DNA of 64,000 nt from Azolla caroliniana (taxonomy: Eukaryota; Plantae; Polypodiophyta): contig JBHGNT010000005.1 of assembly GCA_043228905.1 (NCBI GenBank), positions 8,866,001 to 8,930,000 of the forward strand, read 5' to 3'. Shown here piece after piece: positions 62,020-64,000 of this stretch (position 1 is its first letter; each line of letters opens with the position of its first letter). A model generated the notes under the pieces. That model did not search any database and was not told the origin of the DNA. It saw nothing but the letters and a program-made list of their open reading frames with translations. The position numbers and the translations under genes were made by a program.

Positions 62020-64000
62020 GGGACACAGGTGCTCTTTCCTTCTCATGGTGTTGTTTTATACATTTCTTGGGTAACAGTCTAAATGAGACAAAAAATCTAC
62101 TAAATGCACTTCGAACCTGGGATTTCTATGCTTGGATTGCAATATTAGCAGGTTACACCGAATATGACTTCTTTTGGTAAGGCGCATAAGTGTTTCAAAG
62201 AGATGTAACGGTAACGAAATTGCATTCCTTTAAATGTGGTGCCTCATGTCAAGAGCTGAGAATTAGTGTTAGCACGAGAGAATTAATCAATGGCTTTCAA
62301 ACACACACAAAGGTTTTGTAGATAAGGCCATTTTTGGGGATTTTCCAGAGAAAGATGATGCAAAAGGCCATAGATATGGACATGAAAACCATGAAAATAT
62401 CAAAGGAAAGGCCATTTTTTGACGTTGCTGACGGAGATAAGGAGACTGTAAGCATGGAGTTTCCCATGGAGAGAGATGGTTTTGACATGGAATTGTAAAT
62501 AAACAAAACATGAATCTTTGGACGAATAAAGAGAACATAAAGCTTTCTATGGAGAAACATGATATTCGTATGGAGTTTACCATCAAGAAATATGATAGAG
62601 GTACAAAATGTTCCATGGTGAATGATGGTTGCATTACGGATCTGTGGATCTTTCCATGGACAATGAGGTACTGATGTGAAGTTTTCTGTGGAGAAAAATG
62701 GTTGCAACGTGGATCTTTCTACAGAGAAGTTGTAGTGGCATTGAGTTTTCCACAGAGGAAGAGGGTTGCAATATGGATCTCTTCGTGAGTAGAAGGATAC
62801 ATAGTATAGAGTCTATCAATAATTCCCAAGATTGTAGATTTGGATTTCCTATATTGGGTGATGTCATCCATGCATTGCAAGAATGCAAGAAACAGAAGAA
62901 TCCATATTACATATGCTTGTATTCATTCATTTGCAGTATTGTTTTAGAAGCGTATTTGGGGAATTTCATTGTGCCACTATATGTAGAGTGTGGCAATATG
63001 GCTCTTGCCCACCAAGTTTTGAACAATTTGGTGAATCCAAATGAATAATCGTGGGATCTCTCTTGTCGGGTTTTGTCCAATGTGGCCATCTACATGAGGC
63101 TTTCAATTTTTATACACTGAAGAGCAAGGTGTATATTAGAGTAGTCATGTGGTTGTCTCTTTTACAAGCTTGTTCTTGGCTTAAGGATATTCGAAGAGGA
63201 AGGAACTTTACATGGAGATTACATCAAAAGGCTAAGAAAGCAACCTGCCAATTTACAAAAGTTTTATGTATTCTGAATGTTATTTGCTCACAGAAGCACA
63301 TTCAATTTTGTGAGGGTGCCAATCCAAGATGTTGTATCTTGGACAATCTAAGGATATGTTAAAAATTTGCTTTATATGATAGCATGCAAATGCTTTGAAG
63401 AGATGCAAGAGGTTGGTGTGTCTCCAAACACATTCACATTTTCTTGTGTTCTAAAAGTTTGTAGTACAGGAGCCTTGGACAATGGAGAAATTTTCACAAT
63501 GAGATCACCATGATAGGCCTACAAAGGTATTCTTAAGTTGCAATTTGTTCGATTTTCATGTATGCTAATTGTGGCTCACTTTTAGAAGCATGACACATTC
63601 TAAGAATGCTACCAGTTTGAGATCTTGCATCATGGACTAGACTTATGCAAGAATACATGTATGGATCAACACAGGAAGCATTGAAATGATTTGATCAAAT
63701 GCATCTCTTTGGATGTTGTTGCGTATGCATGTGGATTAAAAGCTTGCAGTACTTAGGGGTTGCGGCAAATGGTAGAGACATACTTGGATGTACTCTATGG
63801 AAGGGATGTACAAATGCTCTTGTGATTGGTAACTGATTGATTGGAATGTATGCAAATTTTGGCTCGTTATAGGATTCACATTTATGCATGTGCATAAATG
63901 GAGAGATGCGGGAGCTTCGCTAATAGTTGGTTGAAAGATTCCCAATACAATCAAAGCAATTTCTACAGTTCTAAAAAAAAGAGGACCCTTGCAAAGTTTA
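62020..64000 (+). pseudogene. Decayed PLS-class PPR pseudogene fragments (runs off the window end)
   Basis: FLGNSL, AWIAILAGY, YLGNFIVPLYVECG, LLSGFVQCG, GVSPNTFTFSCVLKVC, VIGN*LIGMYA, with many stops and frameshifts. Confidence 0.85.

Overview
Eukaryotic, intron-rich land-plant nuclear DNA. It is most likely a non-seed plant such as a fern; this is inferred from the PLS-PPR style, a Tcn1/Tf1-type chromovirus and FLDD-type Gypsy elements. Bases 1-33 kb are gene-bearing: an 8-exon omega-3 fatty acid desaturase (+), tRNA-Asp(GUC), an intronless PLS-class PPR gene with a truncated E domain (-), a 7-exon EEF1AKMT4-like SAM methyltransferase (-) and a 17-exon C-terminal-motor kinesin-14 (+). Bases 36-61 kb are a nested transposon block: a Gypsy > Copia > solo-LTR nest (one solo LTR carries an 8 x ~157-bp array), and a CAC-ended TIR DNA element > palindromic array > Copia > self-priming chromovirus nest. 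A decayed PPR pseudogene ends the window. The most intriguing candidate is the TIR element at 48011-60699. It has 35-bp CACCGGG termini, a subterminal motif offset by 11 bp between the two ends, a remnant reading as a RAG1/Transib-like HxxxxH-P...E motif, and a second, divergently oriented unknown ORF. The second candidate is a chromovirus LTR with a Tf1-like self-priming PBS and an antisense tRNA-like A/B-box module. All calls were made by eye, with no database searches, and the remnant-based family assignments are tentative.
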